This document shows positions 33,784-44,698 of a stretch of 64,000 bases of DNA, one piece after another. Each line of letters begins with the position of its first letter. Position 1 is the first letter of the stretch. Below the pieces are notes generated by a model. That model worked only from the letters and a program-made list of their open reading frames with translations, did no database searches and was not told the origin of the DNA. Origin of the DNA: Thermoplasmata archaeon (GTDB lineage: Archaea; Thermoplasmatota; Thermoplasmata; UBA10834); contig JBFFML010000001.1 of assembly GCA_041554135.1 (NCBI GenBank), positions 95,459-159,458 of the forward strand, written 5' to 3'. Position numbers and translations under genes: made by a program.

Positions 33784-34578
33784 ATGCATATGCCGATATT
33801 CGAGAAGTCATCAGAGAGCTCCGTGACAAGGGCCATCGTCTCGGAGTTCACCGACCAGATGAACGAGGTCGCGGACACAGATGTCGTGATCGTCGGTGGC
33901 GGCCCGAGCGGCCTCATCGCGGCATACGACCTCGCCCGCGCCGGGGTCCGTGTGGTGATCGTTGAGAGGAACAACTACCTGGGAGGCGGGTTCTGGATGG
34001 GCGGCTTCCTGATGAATTCTGTTACGGTGAGGGCGCCTGCCCACGAGGTCCTGGACGAGTTCGGCATCGGCTACAAGGAGAAGGAGAAGGGCCTCTTCGT
34101 CACGCCTGGTCCTCTCGCGTGCTCCAAGCTGATAGCAGCAGCTTGCGAGGCGGGGGCGGATGTCCTCAACATGGTTTCGTTCGACGACGTGGTTCTGAGG
34201 GAGGGCAACAGGGTCGCCGGAGTGGTCGTGAACTGGTCCCCCATCTCTTACCTTCCAAGGCCCGTCGCCTGTGTCGACCCGGTCTGTCTGGAGGCCAAAG
34301 TGGTCATCGACGCCACGGGTCACGACGCCTCCGTCGCCAGCAAGCTCTGCGAGAGAGGCATCCTGGATGTGCCCGGGTGTGGTGGCATGTGGATCGAGAT
34401 GAGCGAGGATTCCGTGGTCGAGAAGACGAGCTTCGTGCATCCTGGACTGCTCGTCGTCGGCATGTCCGTGTCCGCAGCCTACGGATTGCCTCGGATGGGG
34501 CCCACGTTCGGGTCGATGCTCCTTTCCGGCCGGAAGGGCGCCAAGCTGGCAAGAGAGGTTCTCGAAGGCGGGGAATGA
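33784..34578 (+). CDS. thi4: Thiazole synthase Thi4 (ADP-thiazole synthase)
   Basis: TDVVIVGGGPSGLIAAYDLA...VVIVERNNYLGGGFWMGG...VIDATGHDASV...GLPRMGPTFGSMLLSG. Confidence 0.88.
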   Translation: MHMPIFEKSSESSVTRAIVSEFTDQMNEVADTDVVIVGGGPSGLIAAYDLARAGVRVVIVERNNYLGGGFWMGGFLMNSVTVRAPAHEVLDEFGIGYKEKEKGLFVTPGPLACSKLIAAACEAGADVLNMVSFDDVVLREGNRVAGVVVNWSPISYLPRPVACVDPVCLEAKVVIDATGHDASVASKLCERGILDVPGCGGMWIEMSEDSVVEKTSFVHPGLLVVGMSVSAAYGLPRMGPTFGSMLLSGRKGAKLAREVLEGGE

Positions 34579-34582
34579 GGGC

Positions 34583-37500
34583 CTAGGTGCTCCTGTGGAA
34601 CGACGCGAGGTCGTTGACTTCGATACCCCTCACCGACGCGTGTTCCATCGCTTGCACGGCCGCGCGGGCCCCTTGGACCGTCGTGAACATCGGTATCTCG
34701 AGCTCGACCGCGAGCCTCCGCATCATGTATCCGTCCCGCCTCGCGCCTGAGGACTCCGTGGGCGTGTTGACGATCATCTGGACCTCCCCGCGTCTCATCA
34801 GCGAGAGGGCGTCCGGCGATACGTTCTCCGATATCCTGTAGACCGTGGTGACCTCCAATCCATGCGACTTCAGGTAGGTCGCGGTCCCCTTCGTCGCGAA
34901 CAAGCCGAAGCCCATCGCCTTGAGCCTCGAGGCTATGCCGCGCAAGCCCTCCCCCTTGTGCTCGTCGCTTACGCTGATGTACACGTTGCCCCTCGACGGC
35001 AGCTTCTGGCCCGATGCCACGAGCGCCTTCCAGGTCGCCGCGGGATACGACCTGTCGATGCCCATGACCTCGCCGGTCGACTTCATCTCAGGCCCGAGTA
35101 TGCTGTCGACGCCAGGAAGCTTGAGGAACGGGAACACGGACGCCTTGACCGCCACATGCCCGATCCGCGCCTCCCCCGTGAGGTTCAGCTCCTCGAGGGT
35201 CTTGCCGAGCATGAGCTTGGTGGCGACCTTCGCGAGGGGGACGCCCGTGGCCTTCGACACGATAGGGACGGTCCTGCTGGCCCTCGGGTTCGCCTCCAGC
35301 ATGTAGACCGTGCCATCCTTGTACGCCAGCTGCAGATTCATCAGCCCTTTGGTGTTCAACGCGAGCGCGACCTTTCTTGTTATGGCCCTTATTTCGTTCA
35401 ACACATCTTCCGACAGCGTCTGTGGCGGCAGGACCATGGCGGCGTCTCCGGAATGCACCCCCGCCTCCTCGATATGCTCAAGTATCCCGCCTATGTAGAC
35501 GTCCTTCCCGTCGCATACCGCGTCGACGTCTATCTCGATCGCGTGCGTGAGGTATTTGTCCACGAGTATGGGATGATGTTTGGACACCTTCGCCGCCGAC
35601 CTCATGTACGTCTCGAGTTCCGTCTCGTTGTAGACTATCTCCATCGCCCGTCCCCCGAGGACGTAACTCGGTCTTATCAGGACGGGGTAGCCGATATCCC
35701 CGGCGAGCCCCTTGACCTCCTGGAAAGAGAAGCCCGTCCCAGACCTGGGTTGCGGGATGCCGAGTTCGGTCATCAGCTCGGAGAAACGCTCTCTGTCCTC
35801 GGCAAGGTCTATCGCGTCGGGAGAGGTGCCGAGCATCTCCGTCTTGGTCCCCTTCAAAGCCTCCTGGAGTGGCATCGCGAGGTTGATGGCCGTCTGGCCT
35901 CCGAACTGTAGCAGCACGCCGTCGGCGTCCTCCCTCTCCACCACATTGAGCACGTCCTCTGCCGTGATGGGCTCGAAGTACAGCCTCGTGGAGACATCGA
36001 AATCCGTCGAGACGGTCTCCGGGTTGTTGTTGATTATCACAGCGTCCACCCCCTCCTCCTTGAGCGCGAGCGACGCGTGGACGCAGCAGTAGTCGAACTC
36101 TATACCCTGGCCTATCCGGATCGGCCCGCCGCCGACGACCACCACCTTCTTGCGGTCCGAAGGGCGCGCCTCGCATTCGAGTTCGTAGGTCGAGTAGAAG
36201 TACGGGGTCTCCGCCTCGAACTCCGCTGCGCAGGAGTCCACCATCTTGTACACCGGTGAGAGCGATATCGCCTTCCTGCTGGCGCGGACCTCGCTCACTT
36301 GGCGGCCAGTCATTCTCGATATGTGCTCGTCTCCGAAGCCCAGGCTCTTGGCCAGCCTGAGCGTCTCGTCGTCCGCACCGCCTCTCAGCCTTGCCTCGAG
36401 CTTGACCAGCCGGTCGATCTTGCGCACGAAGAACGGGTCCCAGGCCGTCAGTTCGCAGACCTTCTCCACGGACGCCCCGCGCCTGAGCGCCTCCGCGATC
36501 GCGAAGAGCCGCACATCCGTCGCCTCTGTCAGGAGGCGCTCCAGCTGTTCGTCCGTCCAGTCGTCGCCTTCGAGCCCGACCTTGTCGATCTCCAGGGAAC
36601 GGATGGCCTTGAGCAGCGCCTCCTCGAAGCGCCGCCCTATCGCCATGACCTCCCCCGTGCTCTTCATCTGGGTGCCCAGCCGCGCGTCGACCGTCCTGAA
36701 CTTGTCGAACGGCCACCTCGGTATCTTCACGACGATGTAGTCTATCGACGGCTCGAAGGCGGCGCAGGTCTTCTTGGTGATCGCGTTCGGTATCTCGTCG
36801 AGGGTCATGCCGACGGCGACCTTGGCCGCCACCCTCGCGATCGGATAGCCCGTGGCCTTCGACGCCAGAGCGGAGCTCCTGGATACGCGCGGGTTCACCT
36901 CGATTATCCTGTACTCGCCGGTGTCATGGTTGAAAGCGAATTGTATGTTCGCCCCGCCTTCGATCTTCAGCGCGCGGATGATCTTGAGGGCCGAGGACCG
37001 CAACATCTGGTGGTCGGCGTCGCTCAGCGTCTGGGCGGGGGCGACCACGATGCTCTCCCCGGTGTGTATGCCCATCGGGTCCAGGTTTTCCATGTTGCAC
37101 ACTATCATCGTGTTGTCGTTGGAGTCGCGCATGACCTCGTACTCGTACTCCTTCCACCCTATGACGCTCTCCTCGATCAGCACCTGCCTTATCCTCGAGT
37201 ATATCAGGCCTCTGCCCGCAATGTGCGTCAGCTCTTCCTCGTCGTTGGCGATCCCGCCCCCGGTACCTCCGAGGGTGTACGCCGGCCGTACCAGCACGGG
37301 ATATCCGCCGATCGCCTCGACCGCCCTCTTCGCCTCCTCGATGGACTCCACGGTACTGCTCTTCGGTATCGGCTCGTCCAGCGACAGCATCGCCTTCCTG
37401 AAAAGTTCCCTGTCTTCCGAGAGGGCTATGGCCCTCGTCTTCGTGCCCAGCAGCTCCACGCCGAGCCGCTCGAGCGTGCCGTTCTCCGCGAGCTCGGAGC

Positions 37501-37795
37501 ACAGGTTCAGTGCGGTCTGGCCTCCCATGCCCGCGAGTATGCCTTCCACGCCCTCCTTCTCCAGGATCTTCGAGACGACGTCGCTGTCCAGCGGTTCGAT
37601 GTAGACGAAATCGGCGGTCTCAGTGTCCGTCTGTATCGTTGCCGGGTTGGAGTTGACGAGCACTGTCGTGTAGCCTTCCTCCCTGAGCGACTTGCATGCT
37701 TGCGACCCCGAGAAGTCGAACTCCGCGGCCTGCCCTATCACTATCGGACCAGAGCCTATCACCATCAGCTTCTTGAGGTCAGTCCGTTTGGGCAT
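34583..37795 (-). CDS. carB: Carbamoyl-phosphate synthase large subunit
   Basis: 1070 aa: MPKRTDLKKLMVIGSGPIVIGQAAEFDFSGSQACK... with two ATP-grasp halves and a C-terminal MGS-like domain. The start overlaps the carA stop by 1 nt (TGATG). TAG stop. Confidence 0.97.
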   Translation of the reverse strand: MPKRTDLKKLMVIGSGPIVIGQAAEFDFSGSQACKSLREEGYTTVLVNSNPATIQTDTETADFVYIEPLDSDVVSKILEKEGVEGILAGMGGQTALNLCSELAENGTLERLGVELLGTKTRAIALSEDRELFRKAMLSLDEPIPKSSTVESIEEAKRAVEAIGGYPVLVRPAYTLGGTGGGIANDEEELTHIAGRGLIYSRIRQVLIEESVIGWKEYEYEVMRDSNDNTMIVCNMENLDPMGIHTGESIVVAPAQTLSDADHQMLRSSALKIIRALKIEGGANIQFAFNHDTGEYRIIEVNPRVSRSSALASKATGYPIARVAAKVAVGMTLDEIPNAITKKTCAAFEPSIDYIVVKIPRWPFDKFRTVDARLGTQMKSTGEVMAIGRRFEEALLKAIRSLEIDKVGLEGDDWTDEQLERLLTEATDVRLFAIAEALRRGASVEKVCELTAWDPFFVRKIDRLVKLEARLRGGADDETLRLAKSLGFGDEHISRMTGRQVSEVRASRKAISLSPVYKMVDSCAAEFEAETPYFYSTYELECEARPSDRKKVVVVGGGPIRIGQGIEFDYCCVHASLALKEEGVDAVIINNNPETVSTDFDVSTRLYFEPITAEDVLNVVEREDADGVLLQFGGQTAINLAMPLQEALKGTKTEMLGTSPDAIDLAEDRERFSELMTELGIPQPRSGTGFSFQEVKGLAGDIGYPVLIRPSYVLGGRAMEIVYNETELETYMRSAAKVSKHHPILVDKYLTHAIEIDVDAVCDGKDVYIGGILEHIEEAGVHSGDAAMVLPPQTLSEDVLNEIRAITRKVALALNTKGLMNLQLAYKDGTVYMLEANPRASRTVPIVSKATGVPLAKVATKLMLGKTLEELNLTGEARIGHVAVKASVFPFLKLPGVDSILGPEMKSTGEVMGIDRSYPAATWKALVASGQKLPSRGNVYISVSDEHKGEGLRGIASRLKAMGFGLFATKGTATYLKSHGLEVTTVYRISENVSPDALSLMRRGEVQMIVNTPTESSGARRDGYMMRRLAVELEIPMFTTVQGARAAVQAMEHASVRGIEVNDLASFHRST

Positions 37796-38865
37796 CAGTC
37801 CACCTCCAACATGTCCGCGAACTCGTCGAACAGGAATGTCGTGTCGCGCGGTCCAGGCGTCGCCTCAGGGTGGAACTGAACGGAGAACACTGGCAGGTTC
37901 GCGTGTCTCATGCCCTCGACGGTGCCATCGTTGAGGTTGACATAGGTGAGGGTCATCCCCGCGTCGTCGAGGGAATCGGCGTCGACAGCGAAGCCATGGT
38001 TCTGAGATGTGACGAAGGCGCGCCTTCCGAACCCGACAGGTTGGTTCACGCCTCTGTGTCCGAACTTGAGTTTGTATGTCTTGGCGCCTAGCGCGAGAGC
38101 GAGAAGCTGGTTGCCGAGACAGATGCCCATCATGGGATACTCCTCCTTGAGTCGGGCAAGCGTCGCAACGGTGGTCGATAGCATCTCCTCGTGTGCTGGG
38201 TCTCCCGGACCGTTCGTCACGAATACGCCGTCCGGCTCCAGCGTCGCTATCTCTCCCGCGGGGGTGTCGAACGGGACCTGCCACACGTCGAACCTGGAGC
38301 GTAGCTCGCGCATGATGCTCTCCTTCACACCGCAGTCTATCACGACGACCTTCCTTCCTTTCCTGGACTCGAAGGCGATCGTCTCAGGGGTGCTGACTTG
38401 CGCGACGAGGTTCGACCTGTCCGGGCTGCTGGCAGAGCGGACCTTGTCGAGCGCGTCGTCCGGCTCGACCGTCGTGATGGCGCCCCTCATCGTCCCTTGG
38501 GTCCGGAGCCTCCGTATCAGCGCCCTTGTGTCGATGCCCTTGATGCCGGGAACGCCGTCTCCTTTCAGCAACTCGTCAAGAGTGCCATCGAGGTGTCTGT
38601 GGCTCGGCGCGTCGCACAGCTCATCGACGACATATCCCCAGACCTGGACCCGCCTCGATTGGCTGTCGCGCCCGTTCACTCCATAGTTGCCGATCATGGG
38701 GTACGACGACACGAGTATCTGTCCGCAATAGGACGGGTCGGTGAGCGACTCCTGATAGCCCGTCATCCCCGTGGAGAAGACCACCTCGCCGATCACGTCT
38801 TTGAGAACACCGAAAGGCTCCCCCTCGAACACAGTCCCGTCCTCTAGGACCAGGTAGCCTTTCAT
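37795..38865 (-). CDS. carA: Carbamoyl-phosphate synthase small (glutaminase) subunit
   Basis: MKGYLVLEDGTVFEGEPFG...GICLGNQLLA (Cys nucleophile)...SQNHGF...QFHPE. ATG 38865 is preferred over the track's GTG 38871. Confidence 0.95.
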   Translation of the reverse strand: MKGYLVLEDGTVFEGEPFGVLKDVIGEVVFSTGMTGYQESLTDPSYCGQILVSSYPMIGNYGVNGRDSQSRRVQVWGYVVDELCDAPSHRHLDGTLDELLKGDGVPGIKGIDTRALIRRLRTQGTMRGAITTVEPDDALDKVRSASSPDRSNLVAQVSTPETIAFESRKGRKVVVIDCGVKESIMRELRSRFDVWQVPFDTPAGEIATLEPDGVFVTNGPGDPAHEEMLSTTVATLARLKEEYPMMGICLGNQLLALALGAKTYKLKFGHRGVNQPVGFGRRAFVTSQNHGFAVDADSLDDAGMTLTYVNLNDGTVEGMRHANLPVFSVQFHPEATPGPRDTTFLFDEFADMLEVD

Positions 38866-38877
38866 TCGCACGACCTT

Positions 38878-38889
38878 CGGGATATCCCG
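38878..38889. promoter_or_regulatory. 12-nt perfect palindrome CGGGATATCCCG immediately upstream of carA
   Basis: Read directly. It lies 13 nt upstream of ATG 38865 and just downstream of the TATA-like AAGATTCTTAAC (minus strand, about 38895-38906). That is the usual position of an archaeal repressor operator. Confidence 0.3.
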
Positions 38890-39090
38890 GGTCGGGGTTA
38901 AGAATCTTGTTGTGAGCTATGCGACTCAATCATCGCGATATGTCCAGAATCTCGACAGTCACGCGCTGCGTGAGCCCGCCCTGCGTCTCAAGCGTCATGT
39001 CCAGCGCGCAGTCTTGTGTGTCTCTCCCGCCCATGATACAGCATGTGCGATTTGGCCTCTGCCGTTCAACATGTGTCCACTGGTGCAGGT

Positions 39091-39654
39091 CTATCGGGTG
39101 TCCCAATCGCTCCTGAGAAGGGAGTACAGCACGTCGTCGATGAACTCGCCGTTGAAGAATGTGTTCTCTCTCAAGACTCCTTCCTTGACGAAGCCCAGCC
39201 GTTCGGCGAGCTTTCTCGACCGTTCGTTGGTGGACAGCGCCAGCAGCGAGATCCGGTTGAGGCCCATCTCCTCGAAGCCGTATCGTATGATGGCCTGGAG
39301 CGCTTCGCGCATCACGCCCCCTCCCCAGTGCGCCGGAGCGAGGTCATAGCCTATCTCCGCCTTCCTGTGCGGGTCCTTCTCCCATTTGTAGAACCCGCAG
39401 CTGCCTATCAGTCCGCCCTCGTCCTTCAGCGTAATCCCCCATCGGAGTCCGGTGCCGTCCCTCCACGGTCCGAGGATGTACATCTCGAACTCCTCCTTTG
39501 CGGCTTCGAGGTCCTTCGGAGCTGGATAGGCGGAGCCGTGGACTATCTCGGGCGTTGAGAAGTGCTCGAGGTACCATCCGATGTCATCGGGGGTGAGCTC
39601 TCTCAGCAACAGCCTCTCGGTCGCTATCGTCGGGAATTCCCTGTCTTCGTTCAT
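39091..39654 (-). CDS. GNAT-family N-acetyltransferase (RimJ/RimL-like)
   Basis: From ATG 39654: MNEDREFPTIATERLLLRELTPDD...IGSCGFYKW...EIGYDLAPAHWGGGVMREAL...LSTNERSRKLAERLGFVKEG. Confidence 0.8.
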   Translation of the reverse strand: MNEDREFPTIATERLLLRELTPDDIGWYLEHFSTPEIVHGSAYPAPKDLEAAKEEFEMYILGPWRDGTGLRWGITLKDEGGLIGSCGFYKWEKDPHRKAEIGYDLAPAHWGGGVMREALQAIIRYGFEEMGLNRISLLALSTNERSRKLAERLGFVKEGVLRENTFFNGEFIDDVLYSLLRSDWDTR

Positions 39655-39755
39655 CGTCAGCAACCTTTTGGGGTAAGCAGGCGGCAAGCATTATCCTTTG
39701 CCATCAATCGTTGGTTCTATCTACGTATGAGTCATGTAGGCATCCTCTGTAAATC

Positions 39756-40613
39756 ATGTTCCCGGAGCACTGCAAGGGGGTCAGCGTGAGGTCCGTCGAC
39801 TTCGAGCTGACGGAGGAGAACATCCGAGGATACCTCGCTGGTAGGAAGGCGTACATCAGGACCGAGTTCATCGCGTTCAACAACGGGGACTCCTGGGCGG
39901 TGGTCGAGGTGCGGAAGCAGGCGGTGAACGGCGTGCTGCAGCCTATCGAGTCCGTTGAAGTGGTTGCGCTGCCGCGTGAGACCTCGTTCGTGGACGCACC
40001 CTCGCTCGATGTGCTTTCCGCCTCGGTCATGGGGGGGTTGAGGGAGTCAGCCGGGACAAGATGCGTGGTCGTCCGTGGAAGGGCGGATCACGTGTCCTTC
40101 TTCATCGACGAGGAGCCTCTTCGGCTCACGATATTCGACGTCGTCCCGCCCGCACCCTCCAAGCTGGTGGACCTCGTCGACGAGACTCTGAGGAGCCATC
40201 TGCAGAACCGTTACATCAAGTACAGCGTCGAGGAGGTGGACATCCGCGACTTGAGCGGACTCTGCGACGCCGAGGCCGTGTTGTTCCCGTGCAAGGCCTC
40301 CGGACTGGAGCACAAGAACGCCATCGGCTATCTCGATGGCACCCCTCGGTTGGACGAAGAGGCTATAGAGAAGACCGTGCTCGTCGGATGCAGTCTGTCC
40401 GCGAGGATATTCAAGGCTTTGTACGGAACCGAGCCCCGCCTCGTGAACATGTGCCCAGTCGACCACACTCGACTGGCGGCTATAGACGGCCCGGTGCTCA
40501 CGAAATGCTGCAGGGTGAAGGAGGGCTGCGACCTTAGAGGGAACGTCGCCATCGTGCCTTGGGGCGCCCGAGTGGCGGACGTCACATGTGCGCTGCAGAG
40601 GCTGTTCGGCTAG
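39756..40613 (+). CDS. Conserved-looking hypothetical protein, Cys-rich C-terminal half
   Basis: 285-aa ORF with coding-like composition. No family recognised. Cysteines occur at FPCKASG, VGCSLS, NMCPVDH, TKCCRVKEGC and VTCAL. The TAG stop overlaps the opposite-strand gene's stop by 4 nt. Confidence 0.5.
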   Translation: MFPEHCKGVSVRSVDFELTEENIRGYLAGRKAYIRTEFIAFNNGDSWAVVEVRKQAVNGVLQPIESVEVVALPRETSFVDAPSLDVLSASVMGGLRESAGTRCVVVRGRADHVSFFIDEEPLRLTIFDVVPPAPSKLVDLVDETLRSHLQNRYIKYSVEEVDIRDLSGLCDAEAVLFPCKASGLEHKNAIGYLDGTPRLDEEAIEKTVLVGCSLSARIFKALYGTEPRLVNMCPVDHTRLAAIDGPVLTKCCRVKEGCDLRGNVAIVPWGARVADVTCALQRLFG

Positions 40614-42523
40614 ATGTCCAGCTGGTCCTCCCTGAAAGAAACGACCGGACATGGCCCTAGACACGAGCCGCAATGGTCGCAGGACGCCTCGTCGACCGTG
40701 ACGCGTCCATCGACCGCAAGTGCCCCGTTCGGGCACCTGCCCACGCAGATGCCGCATCCGGCGCACTCCATCGCCCTGATGACGACCTGTCTCAGGGCGG
40801 ACGCCTTTGTTCTGAGTTCCTCCTCGTCCTTCGCCTTGATCATCGCCGCTCCTTCCTGGAAGACGGTAACCTTGGCGACCTCAGCGATCCTTCCATCAGG
40901 TGACATCGCCACCTCACCGATGATGTTCAGCAGGTTGCCGACCCGTTTCATGTCGAGGGGTCGGCTGAACACGCCTTCCATGCTCAGGCCCTCGACACAC
41001 GGGCTGTAGCCTTCCGTGCTGTGGAACGTCAATAGCCCCGCAGGGTCATCGGCACGCGACCCGGTCGGGAGCCTGGACTCGTCCACGCCAGCCGCCTGGA
41101 GGATGGGGCGCGGGGCTTTCTTCCATCTCCAAAGGCCGCACTCCAGCCATTCATCGGGGAGCGATCGGTCCGAGGAGTGCGATTCCAGGAACCGTTGCCA
41201 TCTCTCGTAACCATCGGCCGAACCCCTGGCGCGCACCAGGTCCGCGAGGTCCGCGGAGGGGCACATGAAACAACCGATCCTCTCGAAACCGCGCTCGTAC
41301 AGCTCGTTGTATGGCGCCTCCCTGTCGAACAAGTAGAGCCAGACGTGGAGCGCGGTCCATCTCTGTATGGGTGAGGCGCCTATCTGATTCGGAGTCCACG
41401 GGTTTCTCCAGACATCGCCTTTGCGCGCCCTGCTCTCCGATTCGTACGCTCTCTGGCCTATGAACGACAGCACGCCGTCCGGGAAGTGCCTCTGTATCAA
41501 CCTTGTCGCCGGCCCAAGCTTGCACGTCTTGCAGCACCATCTGAAGTCCTTCGCCGGCGGGCCGAATCGCGGGAGGTTCTTCCAGAACGCGTCCCCGGCG
41601 CACTCGACGACAACATCCAGGCCGTACCTCTGAGCCGTCCTCGCGACGTTCGTTTTTGTCTCCTCGAACTCGAGCCCGGTGTCCACGAACAGCATCGTGG
41701 GCCTGATGCCGCTCTCCAGCACCAGGAGCAGGGTTGCGAGGCTGTCCTTCCCACCGCTGTACGACACCGCCACCGGGAGCCCTTGTTTCGCCACCGTCCC
41801 CTTGACGAACTTCGTTGCTTCGGACGCGCGTCGGTCGATGACCTGCCTGTTGGCGAGAACGACGTCATGCCACGAGGCTTCGTGTCCGTGTCGGTCGACA
41901 TCCTGTCCAGTGACGACCCACCTCGTCTTCACCGCCGTCCCGCGCTCCCGCTCCATCATCTCCGCCGACGTCATCTTCGAGACGCCCACGGACACCGCAT
42001 CCCCCGACTCGTCGAGTACGATTACGTCATCGCCGACGGCGATCTCAGGGGCGCAATCCAGGACGCCGACGGCCAAGGCGCTCGCCTTCCTCTCGCGGAT
42101 AGCCTCCGCGGCGCCGCTGTCCACCCTGGCCCAGCCCATCGAGGCGAGATGCTGTATCCTCTTAGCGGTCCTCGGCCTGGGCATGAACTTCTGGCCAGCG
42201 ACGAGGTCGAATCTGACAGCTCCGACCACGTGTCCGCCGACTATGACTTCGTCCATCCTGTCGAGGTCGGGGGCTTTGTTCAGGAGGACTATGTGTCCCT
42301 CAGGTACGGACGCGATCCCGCATCCCTCGCCGAACTGCGAGTCCAGAAGCGCCCTTATGGCCTTGATGTCGCTGGCAAAAGCGGGCCTCGCATCGCCTGG
42401 AGGGGTGAGTATGACCTGTCGAGTGGGTTCGCCACAGACGCTGCAGGCCTTCTGCTCGAGCACGGGCACGTCGCACTTGTCACACCATCGAAGGTGCATC
42501 CTGCCGAGCCTGACAGCGGACAC
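40610..42523 (-). CDS. Zn-ribbon + PUA + PAPS-reductase-like (PP-loop ATPase) + 2x[4Fe-4S] ferredoxin fusion protein
   Basis: N-terminus CDKCDVPVLEQKACSVCG. PUA-like region VGDDVIVLDESGDAVSVGVSKM. PP-loop VAVSYSGGKDSLATL with WCCKTCK. C-terminus CAGCGICVGRCP...CDHCGSCLGPCP. Confidence 0.75.
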   Translation of the reverse strand: MSAVRLGRMHLRWCDKCDVPVLEQKACSVCGEPTRQVILTPPGDARPAFASDIKAIRALLDSQFGEGCGIASVPEGHIVLLNKAPDLDRMDEVIVGGHVVGAVRFDLVAGQKFMPRPRTAKRIQHLASMGWARVDSGAAEAIRERKASALAVGVLDCAPEIAVGDDVIVLDESGDAVSVGVSKMTSAEMMERERGTAVKTRWVVTGQDVDRHGHEASWHDVVLANRQVIDRRASEATKFVKGTVAKQGLPVAVSYSGGKDSLATLLLVLESGIRPTMLFVDTGLEFEETKTNVARTAQRYGLDVVVECAGDAFWKNLPRFGPPAKDFRWCCKTCKLGPATRLIQRHFPDGVLSFIGQRAYESESRARKGDVWRNPWTPNQIGASPIQRWTALHVWLYLFDREAPYNELYERGFERIGCFMCPSADLADLVRARGSADGYERWQRFLESHSSDRSLPDEWLECGLWRWKKAPRPILQAAGVDESRLPTGSRADDPAGLLTFHSTEGYSPCVEGLSMEGVFSRPLDMKRVGNLLNIIGEVAMSPDGRIAEVAKVTVFQEGAAMIKAKDEEELRTKASALRQVVIRAMECAGCGICVGRCPNGALAVDGRVTVDEASCDHCGSCLGPCPVVSFREDQLDI

Positions 42524-42569
42524 TTGACACGCACCTGGAAGGCTGAGGACGACGTCGACGATCTGACGC

Positions 42570-42983
42570 CTACTCCAATGCCTTCAGCTGCTTCACGACA
42601 GCCTCGACGGCGTCCTTGGCCCGCTCGATCCTGTCCTCGGCCTGGAGCCTGCTCATCCCGGGGCCCGTTATGCCGAGCCCGACGGGCTTCTCGTGCTCGA
42701 CGGCGAGGTCCGTTATCTTCCTCGCGGCCTGCCCGATGACCACCTCGTCATGCTCGGTCTCGCCCTCGATCACCGCTCCGATCGTGACGGCGGCGTCGAT
42801 GGACTCGTCCTTCAAGAGCCTCTTGACGGCGAGCGGTATGTCGAACACCCCTGGGACGGTGATGATCTTCGCCACGTCGACTTCCAGAAACTTCGCGTGC
42901 TCCTTGGCCCTCTCGAGCATCATCTTCGTGAGGTCGTAGTTGTACTCACTGCAGACGATGCCAATCCTGTATCTCTTCGCCAT
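42570..42983 (-). CDS. ribH: 6,7-dimethyl-8-ribityllumazine synthase
   Basis: RIGIVCSEYNYDLTKMM...ITVPGVFDIPLAVKRL...AAVTIGAVIEGETEHDEVV...GLGITGPGM. Confidence 0.9.
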   Translation of the reverse strand: MAKRYRIGIVCSEYNYDLTKMMLERAKEHAKFLEVDVAKIITVPGVFDIPLAVKRLLKDESIDAAVTIGAVIEGETEHDEVVIGQAARKITDLAVEHEKPVGLGITGPGMSRLQAEDRIERAKDAVEAVVKQLKALE

Positions 42984-43010
42984 CTCCTACATCCTCCATT
43001 CACATAGATC

Positions 43011-43932
<922 letters not shown>

Positions 43933-43936
<4 letters not shown>

Positions 43937-44652
43937 CCCTTCCCGTATTCCTTCCAGGCCGAGATGATGTCCACGCCCTCGAGGAACACGAGCGAGTTGC
44001 GCTCTGCGTAGGCGACCGCCTCGACCTTGGGAAGGGCGTTGCCGTCGTCCCCCATCATCTCGCAGACCGTCGCCGACGGCACGAGGCCCGCCATGATGAC
44101 CAGGGCGGTCGACAGCTCAGTGTGGCCGAACCGCGTCTCGAGTATCCGTCTCGACGCGTTGAGAAGATGGACATGTCCTGGGGCCCTGAAGCCCTTTCCG
44201 AACTCCCTCTTGCCCCATCCGTCCTCCTTCGAGACGGCCTCTCTGGCCAGTCTGGAGAACTCGGATATCGTCCACGCTCTGTCGTTGTCCGTGATCCCAG
44301 TGAAGGTCTTCCGGTGGTTGATGGTTATGCCGAAGGCGGACTTGACGTCGTAGGGTATGTCGTTCGGCATCAGCCCGTCCATGACGGGGTACTTGCCCGC
44401 AACGTCCTTGAACAGCTCCGCCAGGAAAGGCAGGCCGAGCGAATCCTGGACCGCGGCGTCCGCCGTGGTGCATATCAGCCCGCCCGCGTCCTTCCTCATC
44501 GTCCGTATCGTCTCCGGCGTCACGTGCTCGGAGGCGACGACCATGTCCGTCTCCTCCTCGCGACCGTCCGCGTCGTAGACGAGCACGATCTGCCCTCTGC
44601 GCAGGGCGTCAATGGCGTTTAGCACGGCTGTTGGAGCCATCAGTCCGCGCAT
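43933..44652 (-). CDS. ribB: 3,4-dihydroxy-2-butanone-4-phosphate synthase
   Basis: ALRRGQIVLVYDADGREEETDMVVASE...GGLICT...HRKTFTGITDNDR...FRAPGHVHLL...GHTELS. Confidence 0.9.
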
Positions 44653-44698
44653 GCCACATCCCGATAATATGCATGGCGTAGCTACTATCCCGAGGGTA

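Noticed and set aside
34862-37879. Several long ORFs antisense to or off-frame in carB (34862..35911, 35478..36716, 36299..37879, 36852..37604)
   Set aside because: carB is unambiguous over the whole span. The alternatives are Arg/Pro/Gly- or Ser-rich with no recognisable domains, which marks them as GC-driven spurious ORFs.
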